Counted from the first letter of the stretch, positions 10,422-21,547 are shown. The stretch: DNA of 64,000 bases from Thermoplasmatales archaeon (GCA_027310185.1 DAIDBH010000018.1:192001-256000), one strand, 5' to 3'. Numbers and translations are program-made. The notes: generated from the sequence alone by a model not told the origin.

Positions 10422-11489
10422 CTAGTATTTTCTTGAGACAAGGTAATCTGCGAACCATTTGAGGAATTCCTTCTGTTCTTGGTTGCCATCTATCAGGTCT
10501 GCATATCGTTTCCCAGCTTCTATGAATTTGCTGATCAGCCACCTTGAATAATCGAATGATGATGTCTCCCTTACAATTTTTTTCAGTCTTTCAAAGTCCT
10601 CATCGCTTATATTTCCTGAGTTAAGGCTCTTATCTATGAAATTACGATCCAGTTCATGGGATTTCTCCATTGCCTTTATCATCAGAAGAGTCTGTTTTCC
10701 TTCGTTAACGTCACTTTTAGGGGGTTTACCAATTTCTTCCTGGGTCCCGAAAAGGCCAATCACATCGTCATGGAGCTGGAATGCAAGGCCGACCAGGTTT
10801 CCATAGGACTTCAGTGCGTGAAGATCCTCATTCCTTCCGGCAAGATATGAACCAAGTACCAGTGGCCCCTCTAGGGTATATTTTGCTGTTTTTCTGAGGT
10901 GAAGTCTAATGAGATCATTCATCTTCAGTTTTACTCCTGCACTTGAAAACATGTCAAGTCCTTCACCGTATCCTGTGGTTTTTATTATTTCTATCAGTTC
11001 ACCCATTGCCCTGTATTTTACATCCAGAGGAAAGTCACTTCTGTTGAGTGCATCAAAGGAATAGTCCACTGCAAGGTCACCCGCAACTATGGCAAGTGAT
11101 TCTGCCATATGTTCCTTGTCCTTGATATCTCCAAGCATTTCCTCGACCTTCCTGTGAAAACTCTTGAAGCCTCTTCTCAGATCGCTCCTGTCCATTATAT
11201 CATCATGAATCAGGAAGAATGACTGGGAAAGCTCGATGCTGATTGCTGCCCTGTAAATCTCATCATCCTTTCCACCAAACATTCTGTAAGCTGTTGCAAT
11301 CAGTATAGGTCTGACCCGCTTGCCTCCGTTCATCGTGTAATTTCTGAGTTCCTTCACTATCTTGATCATTTCCCCATCTTTAACATCATCTATGACAGAT
11401 TGAAAATACTGTTCAAGGGCTTCATTTATCCTGTTCTTCTCCCCTTCCATGTATTTCTTGAATTTTTCTGACGAATCAGCCTCAACCAT
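10422..11489 (-). CDS. idsA: Geranylgeranyl diphosphate synthase (polyprenyl synthetase)
   Basis: GGKRVRP, FARM HDDIMD..LRRG, KTA.Y and SARM FQLHDD motifs. Confidence 0.9.
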   Translation of the reverse strand: MVEADSSEKFKKYMEGEKNRINEALEQYFQSVIDDVKDGEMIKIVKELRNYTMNGGKRVRPILIATAYRMFGGKDDEIYRAAISIELSQSFFLIHDDIMDRSDLRRGFKSFHRKVEEMLGDIKDKEHMAESLAIVAGDLAVDYSFDALNRSDFPLDVKYRAMGELIEIIKTTGYGEGLDMFSSAGVKLKMNDLIRLHLRKTAKYTLEGPLVLGSYLAGRNEDLHALKSYGNLVGLAFQLHDDVIGLFGTQEEIGKPPKSDVNEGKQTLLMIKAMEKSHELDRNFIDKSLNSGNISDEDFERLKKIVRETSSFDYSRWLISKFIEAGKRYADLIDGNQEQKEFLKWFADYLVSRKY

Positions 11490-11563
11490 GACATGTGATT
11501 TCTTTTAACCATAAAAGTATAGAGTTTTCCCTTTATAATCATCGAATCCATGACCATGCACTG

Positions 11564-12196
11564 ATGTCTGAGATATGCTGTGGTATGGATGAAGCAGGTA
11601 GAGGACCGGTTATAGGTCCCATGGTTATGGCAATTGTGTGCTCTGAGCAGGAAGTAATGTCATCCATTGGTGCAAGAGACTCAAAGACCCTTTCTCCTGG
11701 GTCGAGAGAGAATCTGTTTGAAAAGATAAAAGAAAGATCAGAAAGCGTGCATTTCAGGATTATAACTTCATCTGAAATAAACGAAATGATGAATATTATG
11801 ACGCTCAATGAAATCGAGGAAAAGTTTGCCATAGATCTGATCAATGAATCTGTTGAAAACAGGGTTTATGTTGATGCATTTGATGTAAACGAGCAGAGGC
11901 TGTCCAAGAAACTGTCCAGTGCAACTGGAAAAGATGTAATATGCAGGCATAAGGGCGATGTCCTGTTCCCCGTGGTATCTGCAGCTTCAATAATAGCCAA
12001 GGTAATACGGGACAGAGAGATTAGAGAAATAATCCGGACTTATGGTGAAGTTGGTTCAGGTTACCCATCTGACCCAAAAACTATAGAATTCTTGAGGAAA
12101 TCCATCAGGAATGGAAATGACCTCAAGCCCATAGTCAGGACTAAATGGAGTACATACATAAGGATAATGAAGGAAGAAAAACAGAGAAGACTATAA
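11564..12196 (+). CDS. rnhB: Ribonuclease HII
   Basis: GMDEAGRGPVIGPMV, DSK.L, VSAASIIAKV.RD, GSGYPSDP and a C-terminal PIP-box-like QRRL. Start refined to ATG 11564. Confidence 0.95.
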   Translation: MSEICCGMDEAGRGPVIGPMVMAIVCSEQEVMSSIGARDSKTLSPGSRENLFEKIKERSESVHFRIITSSEINEMMNIMTLNEIEEKFAIDLINESVENRVYVDAFDVNEQRLSKKLSSATGKDVICRHKGDVLFPVVSAASIIAKVIRDREIREIIRTYGEVGSGYPSDPKTIEFLRKSIRNGNDLKPIVRTKWSTYIRIMKEEKQRRL

Positions 12197-12259
12197 TGAA
12201 GCAAGTTAATAGAGAAAAATAAAACATTAGATTAAAGTATTATTCTGAATTGTTGAACT

Positions 12260-12958
12260 GTGCCAGAAGAAATAAAAAACCCAGATGAACTTAGGGATAG
12301 AGATGAAATTGCAGATGATTATAATGAGAGGGGAATAGCATTCTTCAATCTTAAGAAATACCCGGATGCAATAAAGGAGTTCACCAAGGCAATAAAGATA
12401 CTGCCAAACGATCCGGATTATCACTTCAACAGGGGTCTTGCCTATTATTCGATGAGGATGTATGAGCAGGCAGTAAAGGATTACAGGAACGCCATAGAAA
12501 TAATACCTGAAAACGCCGATTACCATAATGCCCTTGGGGCCGCACTTGAAGATTCAGGAATGGCAAGGGAAGCTGTGGAAGAATTCAATAAGGCAATAGA
12601 ACTTGAGTCAGATATACCAGATTTCTTTTACAACAGGGGAAATGCATTCTTCAAGATTGGAAAGAAGGAAGAAGCCTTAAAAGATTACTCCGAGGCTATC
12701 AGGCTTAATAGCATGGACCAGATATTCGTGTACAAAAGATATGAAACCCTGATGGAAATGGGAAGGTTTGAGGATGCACTGAAAGATATTGAAAAGGCAA
12801 TTGAAATATCACCGGAGAATGGAAGCTATTACCTATTGAAATCTGATACACTGGTAGAACTTGGCAGGAAAGAAGAAGCATCTAAGGTGCTGGATGAAGC
12901 AACAAGGTTCAGTGTAGACATGAATGAAATAGAAGAAAGGAAGCGAAAGCTTGAGTGA
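12260..12958 (+). CDS. Tetratricopeptide repeat protein
   Basis: About six tandem 34-aa TPR motifs (YNERG...A, YHFNRGLAY...A, FYNRGNAF...A); overlaps the xpd start (GTGA). Confidence 0.9.
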   Translation: MPEEIKNPDELRDRDEIADDYNERGIAFFNLKKYPDAIKEFTKAIKILPNDPDYHFNRGLAYYSMRMYEQAVKDYRNAIEIIPENADYHNALGAALEDSGMAREAVEEFNKAIELESDIPDFFYNRGNAFFKIGKKEEALKDYSEAIRLNSMDQIFVYKRYETLMEMGRFEDALKDIEKAIEISPENGSYYLLKSDTLVELGRKEEASKVLDEATRFSVDMNEIEERKRKLE

Positions 12959-14847
12959 AGGAATCGAAAGGTGAAAGTTTTGCACAATCCAGTTATGGAT
13001 CAATCATACTGAAGCCATATCAGACTGAAGCCATAAATTTCGCTGTGGAATGCCTGCTCAAGCAGGTTGTACCCATAATAGAATCTCCAACAGGTTCTGG
13101 AAAGACAATAATATCTATTATTTCATCAATTATATATGCAAAAAAGACAGGAAAAAAAGTTCTATATCTTACAAGGACAAATTCACAGCAGGACCAGATT
13201 CTCAGGGAACTGAAGATTCTCTCAAAAGCAATGGATTTCAGGGCAATTGCCATGCAGGGAAGGGTAAATCTCTGCCCACTATACATGGAACTTGAGAAAG
13301 ATTCGGATTTCACAACAGAATCACTCTCCAAAATGTGTTCATCCAGAAAGAAGAGAACGAAGGAAAGGAAGGATGGAGGATGCTACTATTATAACAGTGG
13401 AATTTCTTCAGAGGAAACGAGGGAGTATATCCTTGAAAATATTCAATCTACCGAGGACATTTTTGAAACTCTAAGAGCCAGGAAAATATGCCCGTATGAA
13501 TCTCTTAAATTTGCAATGAGGGATGCGGACCTTGTTGTAATGCCATATTCATATTTCGTAAATTCAAACATGGCCATCACCACTATATATAACTGGAGAA
13601 CCTCAAGAGAAAACCTGGTTATAATAATCGATGAAGCCCATAACCTTCCTGATATCGCTAGGGAATCAAATTCGCTGGAAATATCCATGAATACTGTAAA
13701 CATTTCAGAAAAAGAGGCGGTGGAATTTGGCGATCCCGAACTCCAGCCATCTGTACATGTATCTGATTTCATGGAAACAATCAGGGTATCTCTCATTGAA
13801 TTGACCCGTGATCTGGCCGAAAACCAGATCGAAAAGAGAATCATGTTCAGGGATATATTTGAGGAAATGAGCATCTATACGAAGAGAAAATCAGATGAGA
13901 TAGAGTACATGGTTGATGCCCTCATTGCATTTGGTTCCCAGATAGAAGACCAGAAGGAAAACCTTGGCAAGGTTCCAATGTCGCACATTAAAATTCTTGG
14001 AGAAAAGCTAAAATTCCTGAGATTTGCGGAATTTGACAGATTCATATGTATAGTTTCAAGGGAGAAAGAGGAGAAGCTTGAGGCATACTGCCTTGATCCA
14101 TCAATTGTTCTTGAACCACTTTTCCGGTCATCCACAATTCATGTCTCTGCAACACTCGATCCTGTATGGCTTTACACCAATATGACTGGTATTGTAAACT
14201 TTGAATTCAAGTCAATTAAAAATATTTTTCCACAATCAAATCTACTCATCCTTTACAGGGATGATCTTACCACGAAATATTCTGAATTTGGAGCTGAAAT
14301 GGCCGATGAATATGTGAAAGCAATAACTGAAATCCTCAAGGGACTTGACAGGAAGTCAATGGTGTTCTTCCCTTCATTCAATACAATGCAGTACATAGAA
14401 ACAAAGGTAAAATTTCCACACCTGTCTGAATCAAGATCAATGACCCAGCGTGATTTTCAGCATCTCATCTCACTTTACAGGAAGGAAAACCAGCCACTTT
14501 TCGGTGTAATGGGTGGAAGACTCTCTGAAGGCATAAACCTTCCAGGGAACCTCCTCGAAGTTGAGATACTCGCGGGCATTCCGTTCCCGAAACCCACAAT
14601 AAAACAGAGGGCGCTTTCCTCGTATTATGACTTGCTTTTTGGCTCAGGATGGCAGTACGCTTTTCTATTCCCGGCAATTATAAAGGTCAGGCAGACAATG
14701 GGAAGGGTCATAAGATCTGAAAGTGACATAGGAGTCATCATAATACTGGATGGTAGGGTTCAGATGCTTGAACCATACATAAATGCAAGGCTAAGCAACA
14801 ATATACGAGATGATATCAATTCCTTTTTCGAAAGTCACATTAAATAA
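12955..14847 (+). CDS. xpd: ATP-dependent DNA helicase XPD/Rad3 (4Fe-4S)
   Basis: SPTGSGKT, RTNSQ, four Cys (LCP, MCS, GCY, ICPYE), DEAHNL, SATL, SEGIN and QTMGRVIR. Confidence 0.93.
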   Translation: MKESKGESFAQSSYGSIILKPYQTEAINFAVECLLKQVVPIIESPTGSGKTIISIISSIIYAKKTGKKVLYLTRTNSQQDQILRELKILSKAMDFRAIAMQGRVNLCPLYMELEKDSDFTTESLSKMCSSRKKRTKERKDGGCYYYNSGISSEETREYILENIQSTEDIFETLRARKICPYESLKFAMRDADLVVMPYSYFVNSNMAITTIYNWRTSRENLVIIIDEAHNLPDIARESNSLEISMNTVNISEKEAVEFGDPELQPSVHVSDFMETIRVSLIELTRDLAENQIEKRIMFRDIFEEMSIYTKRKSDEIEYMVDALIAFGSQIEDQKENLGKVPMSHIKILGEKLKFLRFAEFDRFICIVSREKEEKLEAYCLDPSIVLEPLFRSSTIHVSATLDPVWLYTNMTGIVNFEFKSIKNIFPQSNLLILYRDDLTTKYSEFGAEMADEYVKAITEILKGLDRKSMVFFPSFNTMQYIETKVKFPHLSESRSMTQRDFQHLISLYRKENQPLFGVMGGRLSEGINLPGNLLEVEILAGIPFPKPTIKQRALSSYYDLLFGSGWQYAFLFPAIIKVRQTMGRVIRSESDIGVIIILDGRVQMLEPYINARLSNNIRDDINSFFESHIK

Positions 14848-14886
14848 TACCTACAAGTTTAATTAACGGTATTACATTTTATCAGT

Positions 14887-15528
14887 ATGGAAGTCGTGAA
14901 CTCCTTCACACTTATCCCTGGAACAATGGCAAACTGTTATGATGTTTCATTCAATGGAAAACGGTTCCTCATTGACGCAGGAACTAAAGGCTCAGGAAAG
15001 AAGATAGTGGAATATTACAACACACTGAAGACAAAGCCGGATATAATCCTCATTACACATTATCATCCAGATCATATAGGTGGTCTTTCACTGGTAAAAA
15101 ATACATTCAATCCCGTCATATATGTGCCAGATGGTGAGATAGACGTTGTCAGAGGTCAGAAAAAGATGACTCCTGCCAGCAGTTTCATGTCCAGGTTCGT
15201 GGCGGCTGTAATGAAATCAAAGCCTGTAAAGGATGTAAGGCCGGTCTCCGAATTGAAATTTGAAGGAATAAAGGTGATAAAATCAAACGGACATACTCCT
15301 GACAGCACATCATATCTTTTCACGCGCCTAAGGGCTCTTTTTGTCGGAGATGCTGCCATGAAAAATGGAGAGAAAATCACAGTTAACAGGGGATTCACTC
15401 TTGATTACAGCAAGGCATTATCATCTATCCAGATCCTGAGCGAGGAAAAAGAAGCCACAGTCTTTCCAGGGCATGGGAAGCCATTCAGGTTTGATGGAGG
15501 AAAGCATGAGGATATTCGGAAGGAATAA
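14887..15528 (+). CDS. Metallo-beta-lactamase fold hydrolase
   Basis: THYHPDHIG, GHT, GD and PGHG motifs. Confidence 0.88.
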   Translation: MEVVNSFTLIPGTMANCYDVSFNGKRFLIDAGTKGSGKKIVEYYNTLKTKPDIILITHYHPDHIGGLSLVKNTFNPVIYVPDGEIDVVRGQKKMTPASSFMSRFVAAVMKSKPVKDVRPVSELKFEGIKVIKSNGHTPDSTSYLFTRLRALFVGDAAMKNGEKITVNRGFTLDYSKALSSIQILSEEKEATVFPGHGKPFRFDGGKHEDIRKE

Positions 15529-16036
15529 TTCTAAAAAAGGATTATTAGATACCAACACATATTCAAGCATAGATATGCAGAGAGAGGAGATACAGGAACA
15601 TGTGGTCAGACGAATAGAACCCCATGAGATAAAGAGAGCAATGGATATCTCACAGAAATCCCTATCAGAAAGATACTCACGGGATCTTATGATGGAGATT
15701 TACCAGAGCTGGCCGGATGGCTTTATTGTATATTCAGCAAGGGACAGGATATTTGGTTTCCTCGCGGGAAGAAAGGTAACCCAGAGCGAGGCGAGAATAC
15801 TGATGCTGGCTACAGAAGAAAAATACCGAAGTCTTGGGATTGGGGGAGAAATCATTGAGAATTTCATCCAGACATGCCAGATTTATGGTTTTATCACAGT
15901 CAGGCTTGAAGTGAGGACCGACAACAGGAGGGGAATAGAATTTTACCAGAAACATGGGTTCATGGTTACCTCAATATTAAGAAATTATTACAGTGACGGC
16001 TCTGATGCATATGTGATGTGGAAACAGCTAGTTTGA
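15506..16036 (+). CDS. GNAT N-acetyltransferase (RimI/Ard1-like)
   Basis: YRSLGIG, LEVRTDN..I.FYQKHGF and YYSDGSDAY motifs; GGAGG SD before ATG 15506. Confidence 0.88.
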   Translation: MRIFGRNNSKKGLLDTNTYSSIDMQREEIQEHVVRRIEPHEIKRAMDISQKSLSERYSRDLMMEIYQSWPDGFIVYSARDRIFGFLAGRKVTQSEARILMLATEEKYRSLGIGGEIIENFIQTCQIYGFITVRLEVRTDNRRGIEFYQKHGFMVTSILRNYYSDGSDAYVMWKQLV

Positions 16037-16966
16037 GAACACTTCCAGTCTCGTTGTCTGTTGCGCTTTTACAGTTACAGGTTTTTCAATCTTTATCACA
16101 GTGCCGTGGGCATAAGATTCCTTAAGGCTGCCGTTGATGATCCCACTTCCACTGAGTATCCTCAGGAGATTTCCGTCTTCAGGTGTAATGGTCGCAGTAT
16201 AATCATCCTTTACGAGATATTCCGTTATACCTAACTTCTCGTTTTCAAAAACCTCTTTCTTGTATCCAAAGCCGGTGTCCTCCCTGCCCTTATATTCAGA
16301 TCTTGCCTGTTCCAGCTCCTTCTCACTATCCACTCCGATCCACAGGGAATCCTCCTTGTATGCACCAAGGAGTCTCTTCCTTGCTATTTCAGGAAACACT
16401 GTTATCTCAACATCCTTTCCATTATAATCATTGAAGAAAATTTCCCTTATTGAGCTCTTTATGTAATAGAGGCCGGAATTTATGTAATGTTCCAGTACGG
16501 GTTTTTCCCTGAACGAAGTAACCTGATCCCCATTCATCTCCACTATACCATAGGGGCTTCTCATCTTTGTCACAAGCATTGTCATGCCAAAGTTGGATTC
16601 ATTTGAGAACTTCCTGAAGTGCTCGAAATTAATGTCTGTGATTGTATCCCCATTCCTCAGCATTATATCTTCCTCACCAACAGAGTCAAGCAGATTCCTT
16701 ATGGAATACAGTGTACCCATTGGTTTCTCCTCCCTGAGATAGTGGAATCTCATTCCATCGTGAACTTTTCCATACCTATCCTCTATCTTTTCACCAAGAT
16801 GTCCTGAAAGTACGTAAATATCTTCAATTCCAAGATATTTAAAATCCAGTATCTGTCTGTCCATTATGGTGTAGTTTGGTTTTATTTCAACTAAAACTTT
16901 TGGTATCTCATCGGTAATTGGTTTCAATCTCTTGCCGTATCCTCCGGACAAAATTGCTCCTATCAT
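16028..16966 (-). CDS. Sugar-phosphate nucleotidyltransferase with short C-terminal cupin-like tail
   Basis: ILSGGYGKRLKPIT.EIPK, GD, F.EKP and INSGLY motifs. Confidence 0.85.
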   Translation of the reverse strand: MIGAILSGGYGKRLKPITDEIPKVLVEIKPNYTIMDRQILDFKYLGIEDIYVLSGHLGEKIEDRYGKVHDGMRFHYLREEKPMGTLYSIRNLLDSVGEEDIMLRNGDTITDINFEHFRKFSNESNFGMTMLVTKMRSPYGIVEMNGDQVTSFREKPVLEHYINSGLYYIKSSIREIFFNDYNGKDVEITVFPEIARKRLLGAYKEDSLWIGVDSEKELEQARSEYKGREDTGFGYKKEVFENEKLGITEYLVKDDYTATITPEDGNLLRILSGSGIINGSLKESYAHGTVIKIEKPVTVKAQQTTRLEVFSN

Positions 16967-17062
16967 TCATTCACACTTATCCCAAGTAGTAAAAGGAGAT
17001 ATTTTATAATTTGTCAACAAAAGGAAGCTTCATTGACATAAGTTAAAAATTTTTAGCAATCC

Positions 17063-18244
17063 TCACTTTATCTTCAGTGCCTTTGCCCCATTCTCAAAAG
17101 CCTCGAGAGTCCTTTTCAGGTCATCCCTTGAGTGCACTGCTGATGGCATGACCCTTATCCTGGCAACTCCCTTTGCTACAGTGGGAAACACAATTGGTGA
17201 AGCAAAAACCCCCTCATTCTTATACAGGTAGTTGCTGAGTTCAAGAGTTTTCTTTTCATCACCTATAACCACAGGGGTAATCGGTGTCTTTGTAGAGGTT
17301 AGTTTGAATCCTGCATCCCTAAAACCTTTCTGCAGGAAGTTTGCGTTTTCCCACAGCTTCTTGACCAGTGAGTCATCCCTTTCCATTATCTCTATGGATT
17401 TCAGAACACCTGCAGTATCACCTGGATTCAATGCACTGCTAAACAGAAATGGCCTTGCCCTCTGCTTTAGAAGATCTATGAGTTTCTCGCTGCCAGCCAC
17501 AAAGCCTCCCATGGAACCGAGGGCCTTGGAAAAGGTGCCCATTTCAATCTCTACTTTACCCTGAAGGCCAAAGTGATCAACTATACCTCTTCCATTCTTG
17601 CCCAGTACCCCTTCACCGTGAGCGTCATCAACATAGAACATCGTATCATACTTATCCTTTAACTCCTGGATCTCTTTTACAGGCGCTATATCCCCATCCA
17701 TGCTGAAGACCCCATCAGTTACTATGAGTGATCTTTTTCCCTCTTTTCTATGTTCCTTAAGGTTTTTTTCAAGATTGTCAACTGACATGTGATTGTAAAC
17801 ATATTTCTTTGCTGAACTCAATCTCATGCCATCAATTATACTTGCATGGTTTAGTTCTTCGCTGAAAATAACATCCTCCTTCCCCACCAGAACCGGTATA
17901 GTACCAAGGTTTGCAAGAAGTCCTCCCTGATATACGAGTGCTGATTCCATATGCTTGAAAGATGCTACCTTTTCCTCAAGTTTCATGTGTATTTCCATTG
18001 TTCCAGCTATGGATCTGACAGCTCCTGCACCTATTCCATATTCATCAATCGCTTCAATAACTGCCTTTTTCACTTCTGGATTGTTTGCAAGTCCCAGGTA
18101 ATTATTGGAACACATATTGAGAACTTCTTTTCCCTCAATTTTTACGTGAGCTCCCTGAGAAGTTTCAAGAATTCTTATTGGTACATATCTGCCTTCGTTC
18201 TTCAGACTTTCAAGCTCATCATCAACCCACCCTAAATTTGTCAT
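17063..18244 (-). CDS. kbl: Glycine C-acetyltransferase / 8-amino-7-oxononanoate synthase family (PLP)
   Basis: CSNNYLGL, NHASIIDG, DGVFSMDGD, DDAHG and GTFSKALG motifs. Confidence 0.85.
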   Translation of the reverse strand: MTNLGWVDDELESLKNEGRYVPIRILETSQGAHVKIEGKEVLNMCSNNYLGLANNPEVKKAVIEAIDEYGIGAGAVRSIAGTMEIHMKLEEKVASFKHMESALVYQGGLLANLGTIPVLVGKEDVIFSEELNHASIIDGMRLSSAKKYVYNHMSVDNLEKNLKEHRKEGKRSLIVTDGVFSMDGDIAPVKEIQELKDKYDTMFYVDDAHGEGVLGKNGRGIVDHFGLQGKVEIEMGTFSKALGSMGGFVAGSEKLIDLLKQRARPFLFSSALNPGDTAGVLKSIEIMERDDSLVKKLWENANFLQKGFRDAGFKLTSTKTPITPVVIGDEKKTLELSNYLYKNEGVFASPIVFPTVAKGVARIRVMPSAVHSRDDLKRTLEAFENGAKALKIK

Positions 18245-18284
18245 GATTAAGAATGGCTTACTTAAAGAAAAAATTAACTATGTA

Positions 18285-19013
18285 TTAAAAAGGCACCAGT
18301 GTAAAATATAACCTCTTGTTCTTTTTCCCCTTATTCTCGATCTTCTGCAATTTTATCTGGCCCAGTTCGCTGGTATTTGAAACATGCGTTCCACCATCTG
18401 CCTGTTCATCAATTCCGACTATCTCTATTATCCTCACAATGGAAAGGTTTTTTATGAGTTCCCTCCCAGGTGCAGTCCTTGAAATATTTGGAATTTTTAC
18501 AGCTTCTTCTCCTGAGATGTATTTTATCCTTATATCGTGATTTTCCATTATAGCCCTGTTTACCCTGTCTATTATTTCCTGTGCCATTTCCTGGGAAAAA
18601 TCCTCCATCGAAAAATCAACTCTTGCCCTATCCTCATATATCTGGCTACCAGTTATCAGCCCTTCATAATCTGGCATTTTATTGACAATTCCATCTATAA
18701 GGTGAATTGATGTGTGATACTTCATATAACTGTATCTTTTTTCCCAGTCTATAGCTCCGTGAAAGTGATCTCCTTCCTTCAAATCATCAAAGGGTCCTTC
18801 AATAACATGGAGCACTTCATCCCCTTCCTTAATGGTATTGCTTACCCTGTAATTCTTTTCATTTACCGTAAGTATGCCTGAATCCCCAGGTTGTCCGCCT
18901 CCCGAAGGATAGAATACCGTTCTGTCAGGAATAACTCCCTTATCTGTGATCCTGTTGATTCTTCCATCGCACTCCTTCAAGTAGGAATCGTTGAAGTATA
19001 ATTTTTCCGTCAT
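18285..19013 (-). CDS. alaX: Alanyl-tRNA editing protein AlaX-M
   Basis: T.FYPSGGGQPGD, HTSIH and ADGGTH editing-site motifs. Confidence 0.9.
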   Translation of the reverse strand: MTEKLYFNDSYLKECDGRINRITDKGVIPDRTVFYPSGGGQPGDSGILTVNEKNYRVSNTIKEGDEVLHVIEGPFDDLKEGDHFHGAIDWEKRYSYMKYHTSIHLIDGIVNKMPDYEGLITGSQIYEDRARVDFSMEDFSQEMAQEIIDRVNRAIMENHDIRIKYISGEEAVKIPNISRTAPGRELIKNLSIVRIIEIVGIDEQADGGTHVSNTSELGQIKLQKIENKGKKNKRLYFTLVPF

Positions 19014-19160
19014 TATTTTTCCATTCTAACATCGTATTTATTTCTATGCAATATTGTAAGTTTCAGCACCTCTTACTGTCATTTCATTTCAAAAAAATTA
19101 AGAGGATAGAAGGTATGCGCAACAACGAGAAGCTTCTGGGATAAATCATTTGAATATATA

Positions 19161-19676
19161 ATGGGCATATTTGCGTTCATTGCTCCACTGATTTCAACTT
19201 ATATAATACTGAGGCTGCTCTCTAGAAAAAATATTGTTTGGCTATTTTCAATTATTAATATCATAGTTATTTCCATAATCCCATTCATTTTTGGATTATT
19301 CTTTGGGCTTTCATCAATTCTGGATATAGTCATACTGTTGGCTATCTATTCTTTTATATTCATCCCCCTTACAACATTCATATTAAGAACAAGAAGAAGA
19401 AAGTTCAATTTCCATGGAAAATGGAGTATTCCCATGGCATTCAGGAAACACTGGGCAATATACGCGGCATCAATAGTTTTTTACATATTCAGCCTCATAT
19501 TCATATGGTCCTTTGCATTCAATGTTCCAACATACTTTAGCAATATTCTTTTCTACGTATTCACAGGATTTCTTACATTCTATTATCTCATACTGGGATT
19601 TGGCATAGCAAGGGTAGGCATGGAAGAAAAAAGAAGAAGAAAGAAACAGATGGAGCAAAGCAGGTTCAGCCAGTAG
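19161..19676 (+). CDS. Hypothetical integral membrane protein (~5 TM)
   Basis: Multiple hydrophobic segments separated by basic stretches. Confidence 0.7.
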   Translation: MGIFAFIAPLISTYIILRLLSRKNIVWLFSIINIIVISIIPFIFGLFFGLSSILDIVILLAIYSFIFIPLTTFILRTRRRKFNFHGKWSIPMAFRKHWAIYAASIVFYIFSLIFIWSFAFNVPTYFSNILFYVFTGFLTFYYLILGFGIARVGMEEKRRRKKQMEQSRFSQ

Positions 19677-19735
19677 CCGTTTAATTTTAAAAATTTTTCC
19701 ACAAATATTCTTAAGCTGATTTTTCATGTCTGTAT

Positions 19736-20680
19736 ATGGATTTTACAGGCATCAGGATAAGGCTGGCAACAATCCTCGCCGGTATAGGTATAGCAGTGGT
19801 TGCAGGGCTTCTAATCTCAGTGGTGGCGAATTACTTCTTCAATCTTTCTTATTCTTTTGCATTTCTTGGGATAATACTTGTCATAGTGTTCATAATGGAT
19901 ATTGCTCAATATCTTCTTTCACCCTATATCATAGGCAGGATGTACCATCTCAGGAAGGTGAATCCACAGGAACCATCAACCGCCTGGCTATATGCTTCGC
20001 TCCAGCAGGTATGCAGCTACAATAACCAGAAAGTTCCAGAACTTTTCATTGCTGAAACACCTGTGGCAAACGCATTCGCATATGGCTCACTTCTATCAGG
20101 AAGACGAATGGCTGTTACGAGAGGTCTCCTGAATATCCTCAACAGGGACGAGGTGGAGGCTGTAATGGGTCATGAAATCGGACACCTGAAACACCACGAT
20201 GTTGCACTGTTGCTTGCCATAGGATTGATACCAACCATAATATTCTATTTCGGATATTCAATGCTATTTGGAGGTGGAAGAAAGGGTGGCAACGGTTCCA
20301 TATTCATAATCGCACTGGTGATGATGGGGGCGAGTTTCATCTTCAACATAATGATCCTTGGTGTGAACAGGATGAGGGAATCCTATGCAGATGTCAATTC
20401 AGCACAAACAATACCCGGTGGTGCAGAAAATCTGCAGACTGCTCTTGCTAAAATCGTGGCATCCACACCCCAGAAGAAGTATCTCAGAAAAAGTGCTCGA
20501 AATACAACAAGCAGTATGCTGATGTTTTCAGGACTTGATCAGGGAGAAATGAGAGATCACAGGAGGCTTCTTGAAGAATGGAAGCATATGAAGATATCAC
20601 TGTCACAGTCGATATTCAGTGATCATCCACATCCGGCAAAGAGGATTCAAATGCTTGAAAAATTGAAGAAAGATCAGTAG
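19736..20680 (+). CDS. htpX: Zinc metalloprotease HtpX (M48)
   Basis: NAFA.G, HEIGH, R.RE.YAD and HP..KRI motifs plus TM helices. Confidence 0.92.
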   Translation: MDFTGIRIRLATILAGIGIAVVAGLLISVVANYFFNLSYSFAFLGIILVIVFIMDIAQYLLSPYIIGRMYHLRKVNPQEPSTAWLYASLQQVCSYNNQKVPELFIAETPVANAFAYGSLLSGRRMAVTRGLLNILNRDEVEAVMGHEIGHLKHHDVALLLAIGLIPTIIFYFGYSMLFGGGRKGGNGSIFIIALVMMGASFIFNIMILGVNRMRESYADVNSAQTIPGGAENLQTALAKIVASTPQKKYLRKSARNTTSSMLMFSGLDQGEMRDHRRLLEEWKHMKISLSQSIFSDHPHPAKRIQMLEKLKKDQ

Positions 20681-20743
20681 GTAAGTTTCAATCTCCTCTA
20701 ACTGGTATGGAGGAAGCAATATCATCCATCAGGTTGGAATAAA

Positions 20744-21364
20744 TTACCTGTCAGGTTTTGGATTATCATTCATCCTGGGTGGTATTCTTCTCAGTATGAA
20801 AGCACCAGCAAGGATCAGCACAGTAAGTGCGAGCCCTCCATAAATACCACCTATATATTTCGTGTTAAGGAACAGGAACACAAGAATTGCCGCGACAATC
20901 ATGATGTTGGAAATAATGCCATTCCTCCGGGAGAATGGACTTGGCATTTTTGCAATACTTTTCTCAAAATAACCGGTCAGGGCAAGATATATCATCGCCA
21001 GGAGGATGTATTTACTGTCGTTGATTTCTGCTATGACCTCCTTACCCTGCCTCCTTAAGGTAAGCACATCAGAATTTGAATCACGTATGACTGTTTCAGA
21101 ATCTTTCTTTGAAACAATTGAGCCCAGTTCATTCAACCTGACGAAATATTCTTCATTTCCAATTACAACGTTAAGGTTTCTTTTTATAATGCCTACCCTT
21201 CCATTTGAAGCATAAATTACAAGTCCGGCTGTGTTTCTTTTTATGATTGCATTGAAGTTCCCAGAAACATTAATTGAAAGATTCCCTGCAAATCCTGACT
21301 TAGTTATTAATGCAAACTCCCCTGTACCAGAATCTACCTTCCCGTTTGCATAGGTGAATTTCAT
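20744..21364 (-). CDS. Hypothetical membrane protein
   Basis: 206-aa ORF with beta-rich N-terminus and C-terminal TM hairpin. Confidence 0.65.
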   Translation of the reverse strand: MKFTYANGKVDSGTGEFALITKSGFAGNLSINVSGNFNAIIKRNTAGLVIYASNGRVGIIKRNLNVVIGNEEYFVRLNELGSIVSKKDSETVIRDSNSDVLTLRRQGKEVIAEINDSKYILLAMIYLALTGYFEKSIAKMPSPFSRRNGIISNIMIVAAILVFLFLNTKYIGGIYGGLALTVLILAGAFILRRIPPRMNDNPKPDR

Positions 21365-21547
21365 CCGTTACAATCGTAACAATCAATTATTAGCTTTTCC
21401 CTATTTGTACGGTGGTATCTGATCCATTCGTGCCAATATTTTTATAGGAAAGAATAATCAGTCTTTTTAGGGTCTAATGAAACAGAGAAACGTTAAAGAA
21501 TTTTACGAGAATTTCTCTGGGTATGCCCGCATTGTGAACAAAGGAGG

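Noticed and set aside
19115-19161. Possible frameshifted N-terminal extension (ATG C GCA ACA..., giving MATTRSFWDKSFEYI) of the 19161 membrane protein
   Set aside because: No family motif to anchor it; the ATG at 19161 is an adequate start
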